Source of the DNA: an uncultured delta proteobacterium
GTDB taxonomy: Bacteria > Myxococcota_A > Polyangia > Polyangiales > Polyangiaceae
Direction: 5' to 3'
Length of the DNA stretch: 64,000 nucleotides
NCBI GenBank assembly: GCA_963841435.1
Contig: CAWJCS010000005.1
Span: 1,088,001-1,152,000, forward strand
A model generated the notes under the pieces. It was not told the DNA's origin. It made no database searches and worked only from the letters and a program-made list of their open reading frames with translations. Positions 16,444-27,103 of the stretch are shown here, in pieces. Every line of letters starts with the position of its first letter. Position 1 is the stretch's first letter. A program made the translations under genes and the position numbers.

Positions 16444-17205
16444 TCAGTCGGTGATCGTCACGTTTTCGACGCAGAGCGGTGCCTGGCGGTGCGGGCAGCG
16501 GATGCGCACGTGAAAGTGATCGTCGTGGTCGCTCGCATTGCGTGGTTGATGCAGGAGCGCCGCGGCGTCGTCGACGTATTTGGCAAACAGGCGGTGGGAC
16601 GCGGCAAAACGCAGGAGCCTTCGGCGCAGGTGCGTGGCCACGAACACGTGCTGGATGGTCGCACGGTGGTCCTTGAGCCAGAGCTGCACGAGCAGCCAGT
16701 TTCGGTAGTCGTCGAACACGAGCCCGCTATCGTCCTTCGCCTTGCCGTTCTCGTCGAAGGCGACGAAATGATCGAGGGTTCTTGGCCGGTCGCGCCGGTC
16801 GCGGACGAAGAACCCGACGTCCCCGTCGCGACCGCTCTCGTGCGAGCGATGTCCGGCGATCGGCCCGCCGTATTTGTGCGACAAATCCCCCACGAGCAGC
16901 ACGGAGCCCGGCGACTGACGGGCGAGCTGGCGCGCGCTCCGCTCCAGCATGAGCACGAGCGCCGGGTGACCGTACGAGGCGCTGCCGCTGCCGCGCTTGA
17001 CGTGCAGCACCGTGTTCGAGCGCAGGCGCTTGCTCCTGAGCTGCCAGCCGTTGGTCGGCGACCCCACCGAAAGCGACATCAAGGTGTACGGGGAGCGACG
17101 GAAGGGCTGAGGTAGATCGAGGTTCGAGCGCGGGCTCGCCAGCGCCGGGCGAGGCGAAAGGCCCATCGAAAGGAGCAGGCAGAGAGCGAGGAGCTTCTGG
17201 AGCAC
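16444..17205 (-). CDS. mepA: penicillin-insensitive murein endopeptidase (MepA family)
   Basis: Signal peptide; GDLS..GG...HRSHESGRDGD and HDDHFHVRIRC zinc-binding motifs. Confidence 0.85.
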   Translation of the reverse strand: MLQKLLALCLLLSMGLSPRPALASPRSNLDLPQPFRRSPYTLMSLSVGSPTNGWQLRSKRLRSNTVLHVKRGSGSASYGHPALVLMLERSARQLARQSPGSVLLVGDLSHKYGGPIAGHRSHESGRDGDVGFFVRDRRDRPRTLDHFVAFDENGKAKDDSGLVFDDYRNWLLVQLWLKDHRATIQHVFVATHLRRRLLRFAASHRLFAKYVDDAAALLHQPRNASDHDDHFHVRIRCPHRQAPLCVENVTITD

Positions 17206-17406
17206 GGAACGGAAACGCTTCGGGCTTCTCCCTCTGAAACCCGCGACACGAGCCCAAACCATGCCCTAGGGGTTTTCCTCCAACAACCCCCAATTCGCGC
17301 CCCTTTTTTGTGCTTCTTTCGCGCTTCCTTCGCCATTCGGCGCCCCGCCCGCGTGCCCCGACGAGGCGACCTCGACGCTGACCCCGTGGCGTGCTGTCAT
17401 TTCAAC

Positions 17407-17820
17407 GTGAGGTCACGCGCGCCCCGCCGACCGCCCGCCGTCCCGGCGTGGCTCCGCGCGCTCGCGGCATTGGCGCTCGCACTGATCGGCGGCGAGCACG
17501 TCTTGCCGTCACTGCACTACGCGCTCGTGCGGCACGAGGTGTGCCCCGAGCACGGTGAGCTCGTGCACGTCGGGGAGGTCCACCACACGACGGCACGGCA
17601 CGGCCGCTCGACCCACCTCGACCGTGGCTTCGCCGAGGGGAGCGAGCACGCGCACTGCGGTTCACTCCCCGCGTCACATCAGCGCGCCGGCACCGTAGCG
17701 GTCGCCGCGGGGCGTCCGCTTCCCACGCTGCCCGTCGTCGGTGTCGTCGCCGTCGAACAAGAGACCGGTCCGTCCGCTCGCGTCCTTTCGTTCGCCCCCA
17801 AGCAGTCGCCGCCCGCCTAG
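17407..17820 (+). CDS. His/Cys-rich small exported protein ending APKQSPPA (DUF2946-like)
   Basis: Hydrophobic N-terminal segment, HEVCPEHGELVH, HAHC and a Pro-rich C-terminus, directly upstream of the metal-uptake operon. Confidence 0.7.
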   Translation: MRSRAPRRPPAVPAWLRALAALALALIGGEHVLPSLHYALVRHEVCPEHGELVHVGEVHHTTARHGRSTHLDRGFAEGSEHAHCGSLPASHQRAGTVAVAAGRPLPTLPVVGVVAVEQETGPSARVLSFAPKQSPPA

Positions 17821-17946
17821 CCGCGCGTCGTTCGCTCCGTTGCCGAGCTCTCGGGCCCAGGCCCTGACGAGCCGGCGCGCCGTGTGACGTCGTTCGTGCC
17901 TTTCATCGCTCGGAGCCGTGCTCCGAGCCTCGACTGCTGGGTCCCC

Positions 17947-19309
17947 ATGAAATTTCACCTCAATGCTTCGATCGTCGTCGCGCTCGCGGCGTGCGCGCGC
18001 CCCGCGTTCGCCGAGAGCGCGCCGCAGGACGACGTCTGGCCCGAGCCCGAAGGGCCGAGCCCCAAGCCCGCACCCGCGCTGCGACCGCCCGGCACGTTGC
18101 CGGCGAACGGGTCGCCTCCGGGGCCCGCCAACACCCCGCCGCCCTCCGACGATCTTTCGGATCTCGAGGCGGCGCTCGCTGCTGACCAGACCGAGGGCCC
18201 GCCACCGAGCGCGCCGGCGAGCGCGTCACTCCGGCGGAGGCGGCGTGCAATCGCTCAACCCCGATCTCTCGCTGATCCTCGACGCGGCGGCCGCGTGGTT
18301 CTCCGAGCCCGATCCACTCGAATCAGGCGATCACGACCCCGATCACACGGGGTTCGACTTCCTCGCGCTCGAGCTCTCCGCCGGAGCAGCGGTCGACCCC
18401 TACTTTCGCTTCGACGCCAACCTAGTGTTCGGACCGGACGGCGCCGAGGTCGAGGAAGCGTACGGCACGACGCTCGACCTGCCGCTCGGGCTGCAGGCGC
18501 GCTTCGGGCAAATGCTGAGCCGCTTCGGCCGCACCAACGCCACGCATCCGCACGCCTGGGACTTCGTCGATCAACCCTTCGCGCTCGGCAGACTGTTCGG
18601 CAGCGAGGGAAACCGCGGGCTCGGCCCCGAGCTCTCGTGGCTCACGCCGCTTCCCTGGTACGTCGAGCTCGTCGGCTTCGTCACGGAAGCGACGGGCGCG
18701 GACACGGCGCGAAGCTTCTACGGCGCGACCGATCACCGCGTGAGCTCGCTCGGCGACCTCCTGTCGGTCGCGGCCATCAAGCAGTTCTTCCCGCTCGGGG
18801 ACGACCTCTCGCTGTTCTTCGGCCTCTCCGGAGCGTTCGGCCCCAACGCCACGGGGCCCGGCAAACGCAGCGAAATCTACGGCGTCGACGCGTATCTGAA
18901 ATACCGCCCCATCAGCAGCGCGAGCGAGAGCGCAGGGTCCGTCAGCGTCGCGCTCACCAGCGAATGGATGTTTCGCCGTCGCGAGCTGCCGGGAGACGTG
19001 CTCGTGGACCTCAACGGCTACGCCCAGCTCGCGGCGCACGTGTCCAAGCGCTGGGGCATCGGCACGCGCTACGAGCTCGGCACGCCGAGCTACGGGCGCG
19101 ACGGCCACGTGTCGCTACGCGATCCGGTCGATCCCGACTGGACGGAGCGACGCGAGCGCATCGCAACCAACGTCACCTACTGGCCGACCGAATTCTCACG
19201 CTTCCGGCTGCAGGCATCGCGCGATCTGCCGGGGTTTCGCCCGCCGGCAAGCGCGCTGTTCTTCGCCGTGGAGCTCGTCACGGGCGCTCACGGTGCCCAC
19301 CCGTTCTGA
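17947..19309 (+). CDS. metal (zinc)-uptake associated outer-membrane beta-barrel (frameshift near 18228)
   Basis: Signal peptide from ATG 17947. The second frame has NPDLSLILD, ELS..AAVDPYF, FGRTNATHPHAW and the C-terminus GAHGAHPF. Confidence 0.8.
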
Positions 19310-19327
19310 TCCGTCGAGGACAATCCC

Positions 19328-20233
19328 ATGAAACACATCGTCGTCTTCCTGCTCACGCTGCTTTCGCTCTTCGTGACCGGCGCCGCACACGCGACGCTCA
19401 ATGTCGTGGCCACCACACCGGACCTGGCCTGCGTCGCCAAGGCGGTCGGCGGCTCACGCGTGAAGGTGACCGCGCTCGCCCTGCGCACGCAGGACCCGCA
19501 CTGGGTCGATGCGAAGCCGAGCCTCGCGCTGGAGCTCTCCAAGGCGGACCTCTTGGTGTTGACCGGAGCGGACCTCGAGATCGGCTGGTTGCCGGTTTTG
19601 CTCACGGGCAGCCGCAACGGCAAGATCCAGCGCGGCGCCCCCGGATACCTCGACGCCGCGACGCTCGTGAGCTTGCTCGAGGTACCGACCGGCAAAATCG
19701 ATCGGAGCATGGGGGACGTGCACCCGCTCGGGAACCCTCACTTCATGCTGGATCCACGGCGAGTCGAGCGCGTGGCCGTGGGCGTCGGCAAGCGCCTCGC
19801 CGAGCTCGACCCCGAGGGCCGCAGCACCTACCTCGAAGCCACGAAGCGCTTCGTCGCGGAGCTACGCGCGACCACCGCGGCACTCGGCGGGTCGATCCAG
19901 CGCCTCGAGGGAATGAAGATCGTGAGCTACCACCGCTCGCTGTCGTACCTCGCCGACTGGCTCGGCATGGTCGTGGTCGCGGAGCTCGAGCCGAGGCCCG
20001 GCATTCCGCCGAGCCCCAGCCACGTCGCTCAGGTGATCGAGCTCGCGCGGGCTCAAGGGGTCCGCGTGATCGCCCAGGAGAGCTGGTTCCCGACGAACGC
20101 GTCGAATGTCGTCGCCAGCAAGGTCGGTGCGCACCTGGCGCGACTGTCCGGCATGCCCGACTTCGCGGCGGGCCAGAGCTACGCCGCGTTCCTGCGCGAA
20201 ATCGTCGCACAGCTCAGAGGAGCGGGCGGGTAA
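19328..20233 (+). CDS. Zn/Mn ABC transporter substrate-binding protein (ZnuA family)
   Basis: VVATT, DPHWVDAKPS, GDVHPLGNPH, YH and EPRPGIPP motifs. Confidence 0.92.
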   Translation: MKHIVVFLLTLLSLFVTGAAHATLNVVATTPDLACVAKAVGGSRVKVTALALRTQDPHWVDAKPSLALELSKADLLVLTGADLEIGWLPVLLTGSRNGKIQRGAPGYLDAATLVSLLEVPTGKIDRSMGDVHPLGNPHFMLDPRRVERVAVGVGKRLAELDPEGRSTYLEATKRFVAELRATTAALGGSIQRLEGMKIVSYHRSLSYLADWLGMVVVAELEPRPGIPPSPSHVAQVIELARAQGVRVIAQESWFPTNASNVVASKVGAHLARLSGMPDFAAGQSYAAFLREIVAQLRGAGG

Positions 20234-20234
20234 C

Positions 20235-20990
20235 GTGCCCGGCGACGCGACGAACGGCGCCGGCGTGCGCCAGCCCCTGGTTCAGTGCCATGGGCTCGAG
20301 ATCGGCTTCGGCGAGCGCGCGCTGTTGCCCGCGTTCGACCTTTCGCTCGGACGGGGCGAGCTCTGGGTCGTGCTCGGGCGCAACGGCGCAGGAAAGACGG
20401 CCTTTTTGAAGACGATCCTCGGGCTTTGCCCGCCAGTCTCGGGCCGCGTCGAGCACCCGGGCGCGGGGTCGCTCCGGCTGTCCTACGCTTCGCAGCGAAG
20501 CGCCCTCGACGAGCTCTACCCGCTGACCGCCATCAACGTCGTAGCGCTCGGTGTCGAACGCGGCTGGTCGTTTCTCCGCCCGCGCTCGCGAAAGGAAGCG
20601 GCCCGCCGCGCGCTCTCGTTGCTCGACGCCGAACGGCTCGCCGAGCGACCGTATCGCCAGCTGTCGGAGGGCGAGCGCCAGCGCGTGCTTCTCGCGCGCA
20701 TCGCAGCCTCCGATGCCGAGCTCGCGTTCATGGACGAGCCGACCTCGGCGCTCGATCTCGTGGCGGAGCGCGCGGTCTTCCGCCTCATGCAGACTCTGAC
20801 GCGCGAGACCGGCGTCACGCTCGTCGTCGTGACCCATTCGGTGCGCTTTGCCATCGAATGCGCCGATCGCGCGCTCTTGCTCGACCGGGACACGCCCGCC
20901 GTCGTTTCGGGCACGCCGCGCGAGGTGCTCGCGCACGCCTCTTTCGAGCAAAGCTTCGGGACGACCATCGTGGAGCACCGCCATGTCTGA
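20235..20990 (+). CDS. Zn/Mn ABC transporter ATP-binding protein
   Basis: Walker A GRNGAGKT, signature LSEGERQR, Walker B FMDEPT, and VTH. Confidence 0.92.
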   Translation: MPGDATNGAGVRQPLVQCHGLEIGFGERALLPAFDLSLGRGELWVVLGRNGAGKTAFLKTILGLCPPVSGRVEHPGAGSLRLSYASQRSALDELYPLTAINVVALGVERGWSFLRPRSRKEAARRALSLLDAERLAERPYRQLSEGERQRVLLARIAASDAELAFMDEPTSALDLVAERAVFRLMQTLTRETGVTLVVVTHSVRFAIECADRALLLDRDTPAVVSGTPREVLAHASFEQSFGTTIVEHRHV

Positions 20991-21993
20991 CGGCACTCGG
21001 GCAAGCGCGGCGCCGGCCGCGCCCGCGTCTGGCGGCGACGACTTCGACGCCATCCTCGCGGCGCCGCCCCCATCGACAGGCGCCCGTGAACGCCCGGGGC
21101 TGGCCGCCCAGCGGGCAAAGGTCGGGGAGCCGGCAGCACCCGCTGCACGCGCCTTCGTCGAGGCGGCGCCGAGCCTGCGCGACTTCGCGGAGCATTGGGA
21201 TCTGTATCGCGACCCCGTGCTCTCCGGCACGCTCGCGGGGCTCGGGCTCGGGCTGCTCGGCGTGTTCGTCGTGCTGCGCCGCGCGGTGTTCGTCACGGCC
21301 GCGATGAGTCAGGCGGCCGGGCTCGGTGTGGCGCTCTCGTTCTTCCTCGCCATCCACGCCGGGCTCGAGGTGCCGCCCGTCGTCGTGGCGCTGCTCTTGA
21401 GCTTGCTCGTCGCGGCGAGCCTCGGGCGCTTTGGTCGCGCTCCCCGGGAGCTCGTCGTGGGTTTCGCGTACCTGGCCGCATCGGCGCTCGCCGTGCTGGT
21501 GGGCGCCGGCATCGGCCAGGAAGCGCACGACATCGCCGCCATCCTGTTCGGGACGGCCGTGCTCGTGCGACCCGAGGACGTGGCGCTCGTCGGCGCGGTG
21601 GGTGCCCTGACGGTCGCGTTCACGGTGGTCGCACGCCGCGGCCTCTTGTTCTCCGGTTTCGATCCCGACGGAGCTCGCGTGCAAGGTGTGCCGGTGCGCA
21701 CGCTCGAGCTCGGATTGTGGACGTTGCTTGCCGCGGAGGTGGCCGTCACGACGCGCGCGCTGGGTGCGCTGCCCGTGTTCGCGTTCGCGATATTGCCGGC
21801 CGTGGGGGCACTGTTCGCCGCTCGGCGCGCGCATGAGGCGCTCATCGTCGCCGCGCTGCTCGGGGCCATCTCGGGCGGCGCGGGGTACCTTGCGGCCTTC
21901 GTGCTCGATCTCCCCGTGGGCGCGGCGCAGGCGACGGTCGCGGTGGTCGGGGCGCTCTTGCTCGGCGCCGCCGGCAGGCTGCGCCGCGCCTGA
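20983..21993 (+). CDS. Zn/Mn ABC transporter permease (ABC-3/ZnuB family)
   Basis: LGVFVVLRR, ILFG, FDPDGARVQG and multiple TM helices. Confidence 0.9.
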   Translation: MSDGTRASAAPAAPASGGDDFDAILAAPPPSTGARERPGLAAQRAKVGEPAAPAARAFVEAAPSLRDFAEHWDLYRDPVLSGTLAGLGLGLLGVFVVLRRAVFVTAAMSQAAGLGVALSFFLAIHAGLEVPPVVVALLLSLLVAASLGRFGRAPRELVVGFAYLAASALAVLVGAGIGQEAHDIAAILFGTAVLVRPEDVALVGAVGALTVAFTVVARRGLLFSGFDPDGARVQGVPVRTLELGLWTLLAAEVAVTTRALGALPVFAFAILPAVGALFAARRAHEALIVAALLGAISGGAGYLAAFVLDLPVGAAQATVAVVGALLLGAAGRLRRA

Positions 21994-22001
21994 CGCGACG
22001 C

Positions 22002-23120
<1,119 letters not shown>

Positions 23121-23138
23121 TGCCCGAGCTCGCCCTGG

Positions 23139-23585
23139 CTAGGCCTCGGTGGGCGAGGCCATGCACTGCTTGACGGCCGCCGAGAGGTCAGCAAGCGAAA
23201 AGGGCTTGGCGAGGAGCCGAGCCCCGAGCGCCGTCACCCGTTGCTCGAGCACGGTATCGGGGAATGCCGTCATCACGATCAGCTTCGAGCCGAGCCGATT
23301 TTGTCGCCACGCCTCGACAACGTCGAGGCCGTTGTACGCGGGCATGTACACGTCGGCGACGACCAGCGTCGGCTCGGTTCGTGACGAGGCGGAATGTGCT
23401 TCGAGGGCCCAGAACAGCTCCCGCCCGTCGCTGACCTCCTCGACCTCGAAGCCCATCATCGAGAGCGCCAGGCGCAGCGTCCAGCGCTGCTCGGCGGAGT
23501 CATCGGCGAGCAGGACGGTGGGGCGAACGGCCGCACTCCGAAAGCGATCGCGACTCGGCGAGGATTCTTGAAAATCTGGAGCCAT
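23139..23585 (-). CDS. single-domain response regulator
   Basis: LLADD, ADVYMP, MTA and KPF receiver motifs. Confidence 0.88.
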   Translation of the reverse strand: MAPDFQESSPSRDRFRSAAVRPTVLLADDSAEQRWTLRLALSMMGFEVEEVSDGRELFWALEAHSASSRTEPTLVVADVYMPAYNGLDVVEAWRQNRLGSKLIVMTAFPDTVLEQRVTALGARLLAKPFSLADLSAAVKQCMASPTEA

Positions 23586-23696
23586 GCGAGAACAACTTTT
23601 CTTTGTGAGCGAGTATTCCGATCTGCGGCGACGTTCCTCTCCGAAATAAATGCGCTTTGAAGGCAAGCTGCCTGCCGAGGAAACAGCTCGGGAACC

Positions 23697-24581
23697 ATGT
23701 CGTTAATGCTCGTCTCCTCGCGGGTCGGCTCACGCTGGCAACTTGCAGTCGCAGCGTGCACGACTCTTTTGACCGCGTGCGGCGCCTCCGTCGACACCGT
23801 GCCTCCGCCTTTCGACTACGGCATGCCGTCCGGGTCAACCTCGGTCGGTGCGGCCGCGGGCGCGGGCGGAGCGGGCGGAGCGTCGGCGGGCGCGGGCGGC
23901 GTCTCGGGAGCGGCGGGGAATTTTTCAGCCGCAGCCGCAGCGGGCCTGGGCGGAGGGGGCGTGAGCGGCAGCGGCGGGCTCGGCGGAGCAGGCTATGCGG
24001 GGGTCGCCGGCTCCAGCGGCCTATCGAACGGCGGGCTCGGCGCGGCGGCGGGTAGCGCCGGCCTGGGGTCGAGTGGCGCGGGATTCGGCGGCAACGCGGG
24101 ATTCGGCGGCAACGCGGGATTCGGCGGCAACGCGGGATTCAGCGGCTCTGCGGGTTTTGGTGGGCCCACGGGCGGCGCCGGCCTCGGCGCGGGTGGGATC
24201 GGCGGTGCCGGCGCGGGGGCAGGTGGCGCGTCGGGCGCGAGCGGTGCCGGCGGCGCGACCGTGACGTTCGCCGAGGTCGCCGCGATCGTCGCGGCCAATT
24301 GTGCAACGACCACGTGCCACGGCGGCCGCGAGCGACCGAGCTTGCTCAACACACCGGCCCTCTACAATACGCTCACCGCGACGGTCGTGCGCCAGTGCGG
24401 CAGCATGCAGCTCGTCAAGCCGGGCGACGCCGCGAACAGCGCAATCATGGCGCTGCCTGCCCGTCAGTGCGGCACCTTCGTGATGCCCGAGGACTGCACG
24501 CCGGGTCAGAACCCCTGTCTTTCCGCCGCCGACATGGCGACGATCCAAGCTTGGATTGCGGCCGGGGCACCGAACCCGTAG
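23697..24581 (+). CDS. Gly-rich lipoprotein with a C-terminal cytochrome c-like domain
   Basis: LTAC lipobox, GFGGNA repeats (18-bp tandem near 24077-24140), and CATTTCH...VKPGD..NS...MP...IQAWIAAGA. Confidence 0.75.
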   Translation: MSLMLVSSRVGSRWQLAVAACTTLLTACGASVDTVPPPFDYGMPSGSTSVGAAAGAGGAGGASAGAGGVSGAAGNFSAAAAAGLGGGGVSGSGGLGGAGYAGVAGSSGLSNGGLGAAAGSAGLGSSGAGFGGNAGFGGNAGFGGNAGFSGSAGFGGPTGGAGLGAGGIGGAGAGAGGASGASGAGGATVTFAEVAAIVAANCATTTCHGGRERPSLLNTPALYNTLTATVVRQCGSMQLVKPGDAANSAIMALPARQCGTFVMPEDCTPGQNPCLSAADMATIQAWIAAGAPNP

Positions 24582-24691
24582 CGCACGCCCTCGGTGGAAC
24601 GGCGCGCCTCGATTCCTCATTTCGGCGATGGACCGAGGTCGCCTCAACCTGCTCCTGCCAAAGTCTGGCGGAGTAGGACTAGTCTCGCCGG

Positions 24692-24910
24692 GTGTCATTC
24701 GAGCCAGCGTCGCTGTTCGCCTCCTTTGCGGTGTCGGGCCTCGGCTTCGTGCTTTTCACCTACGGCAAGCGCATGGGTCGCCCGCCCCACCTGCTCGGCG
24801 GCATCGCGCTGATGATCTTCCCCTATTTCGTAGCGAGCGTCGGCTGGATGCTCGGCATCGCCGCGCTCCTTTCGGCGCTCGTCTGGCTCGGTTCGCGCGC
24901 CGGGCTGTGA
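24692..24910 (+). CDS. small membrane protein
   Basis: 72 aa with three hydrophobic segments and YGK...LMIFPYFV. Confidence 0.75.
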   Translation: MSFEPASLFASFAVSGLGFVLFTYGKRMGRPPHLLGGIALMIFPYFVASVGWMLGIAALLSALVWLGSRAGL

Positions 24911-24926
24911 CGCCGACCGGGGCGGC

Positions 24927-26505
24927 TCAGGGGGCGTGCGCTTCCATCTCGCTCGCTGCGAGCAGGATCGCGCAGAGACCGTGCGGCGAGTTCGTGAGCA
25001 GCGGCAGCTGGTTCAAGTAGGCGGCATAGTTGTCCTGCACCCCCATGCCGTGAACGGCTGCCGTGATGTTCGGTCGATTCTGGCCATCCTCGGTGACCTT
25101 GGTCTTCAACCCTTGCCAACCCTTGTCGGCGACGTCGAGGTAGGAGGCGTCGAGGTAGCCGCGCACGACACCTAGCTCGAGGGCGTAGACGAACATGCCG
25201 CTGCCCGACGACTCCAAGAAATCGTTCGTATCGCTGCCCTTGTCGACGACCTGGTGCCACAGCCCGGTCGCCGAGTCCTGAGTGTTCTCGAGGCCCTGCG
25301 CGAGGTCGACGAGCATCGTCAGCATCTCGTCGCGACGCGCCGTGCTCGTAGGCAGGTCGGCGAGGGTGTCGACCAGCGCCATCGCGTACCAACCGAGGGC
25401 TCGCCCCCAGATCTCGGGCGAGCGACCCGTCGTGGGATCGGCCCAAGTCGCCTTCTGACCCGACGTGGTGCCGTCCCACGCGTGATAGAGAAGGCCCGTC
25501 TGGGTATCCCGCACGTGCTTTGCGATCAGCAGCGTCTGCTCGACCACCGTGTCCGCGCAAAAGCTCCCACAGGTGCCAATCACGGCGCCGTAGCGGGCGA
25601 GGAACGGCTCGCCCATGTAGATGCTGTCGAGCCACATCTGGTTCGGGTAGGTCTGCTTGTGCCAGAAGCCTCCCTCCGAGTTGCGCGGAAAACCGTCGTA
25701 GAGGGCGCGCACGTTGTCGGCGGCCGTCTTGTACTTTTGGGCGCCCGTCTCGGCGTAAAGGAAGGGCAGGAGCACCGACGGCTGGATGTTGTCGAGGCTG
25801 TAGCCACTCGTGATCGTGATGGCACCTTGTGCGTTCACGAAGTTATCGACGTAGGCCCGAATGTAGTCGAGGTACTTTTGCGCGCGCGTGTAGCGGTAGA
25901 CCTGCTCCATCCCACGCAGCACGATGCCGTGGTTGTACTCGAAGCCCTGACTGGTGGTGATGTTCGACCGGATTGGGTGCGCGCGCGATGATGGCGTCGG
26001 CGAATCGCACCGCAAGCGAGCTCGTGTCGAGCACGCGCGTGTCGGCGGGCATGCCCGCCGCGCCCGAGGCTCCGCCGTCACCGGCAGCACCCGCCCCGCC
26101 CGAAGCGCCCGCTCCGCCGGCCGTGCCACCGCCCGAAAGATCGCCCGCGGATCCACCTGCCCCACCATCACCGGCACCTCCACCCGCAGCGCCGCCCCCA
26201 GCGCCGAGTCCGGCCGCACCGCCCTCTCCCCCCGCGGAAGCTCCCGCCGCGGAAGCTCCCGCTGCGGAAGCTCCCGCTGCGGGCGTACCCCCCGTTCCGG
26301 TTCCGGCTGCGCCTACCCCTCCCGTCGTGGCGCCGGTCCCCGCAGCACCCCCCTGGGGGCTCGCCCCCGCTGCGCCGGAGGTGGCTGCAGTCGCTGCGCC
26401 TCCGGCCACGGCTGAATCGTCACCGGTGCAAGCGGGGCTCAGTGTTCCGAAGAGGAAGCACGCGGCGAGCCACGGAGCTCCCACCCAGCGAATACCCGAG
26501 CTCAT
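24927..26505 (-). CDS. GH105/GH88 unsaturated glycuronyl hydrolase lipoprotein (1-nt frameshift near 25969)
   Basis: SPAC lipobox and Gly-rich linker, then YSLDNI, GGFWHK..YPNQMWLDSIYM, WGRALGW and ESSGS. Confidence 0.88.
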
Positions 26506-26698
26506 TTCCGCCTCGTCCAAGCTGCATGGATAGTTGCCAGGGGCCGCGCGGGGCAATCACGAACCGTCGGAGCGGACGGCGCCGCGCGTCCAAGTGCCGC
26601 GACGTTTTCCCCGCGCCTATCGCCAGGAAGCCCCAAAGCCCGCTTGGCGCGGCTGGCCGGAGTTTGGGCGCCCTGGGGAGCGTGATAGGGTCGAATGG

Positions 26699-27103
26699 AT
26701 GCCGAGCACGGACAGGCTCCGCGTGCTGATCGTCGACGACGACGCAACGGCCGTCATGACCGCGTCGGCGCTGCTCGAGGACGAGGGGCATACCGTCACC
26801 TCGCGCACCGAGGTTTTCGGGACGCTGGCGGTGGCGGTCCGCGAGCAGCCCGACGTGATTCTGATCGACATCGGCATGCCCGGCTTGCGCGGGGACCACC
26901 TGGCTCGCTTGATGTTCTCGGAGCAGCGCCTCCAGGGCACGTCCCTGGTTTTGCACTCGTCGCTGCCGGAGGCCCAGCTCTCCAAGCTCGCGAAGGAATG
27001 CGGTGCCACGGGCTTCATCGTGAAGACGGCCGACGGCCAAGAATTCTTGCGCGCTTTCCACACCCTGCTGTCGCGCCACACCGCTCGCCCCCAGAGTCGC
27101 TAG
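26699..27103 (+). CDS. single-domain response regulator
   Basis: [21 protein letters not shown] and FIVK. Confidence 0.88.
   Translation: MPSTDRLRVLIVDDDATAVMTASALLEDEGHTVTSRTEVFGTLAVAVREQPDVILIDIGMPGLRGDHLARLMFSEQRLQGTSLVLHSSLPEAQLSKLAKECGATGFIVKTADGQEFLRAFHTLLSRHTARPQSR

Noticed and set aside
17316-17330. Possible pairing site for the candidate sRNA upstream of mepA
   Set aside because: The match is short, low-complexity and bulged, and it is unknown whether the region is transcribed. It is too weak without computation.
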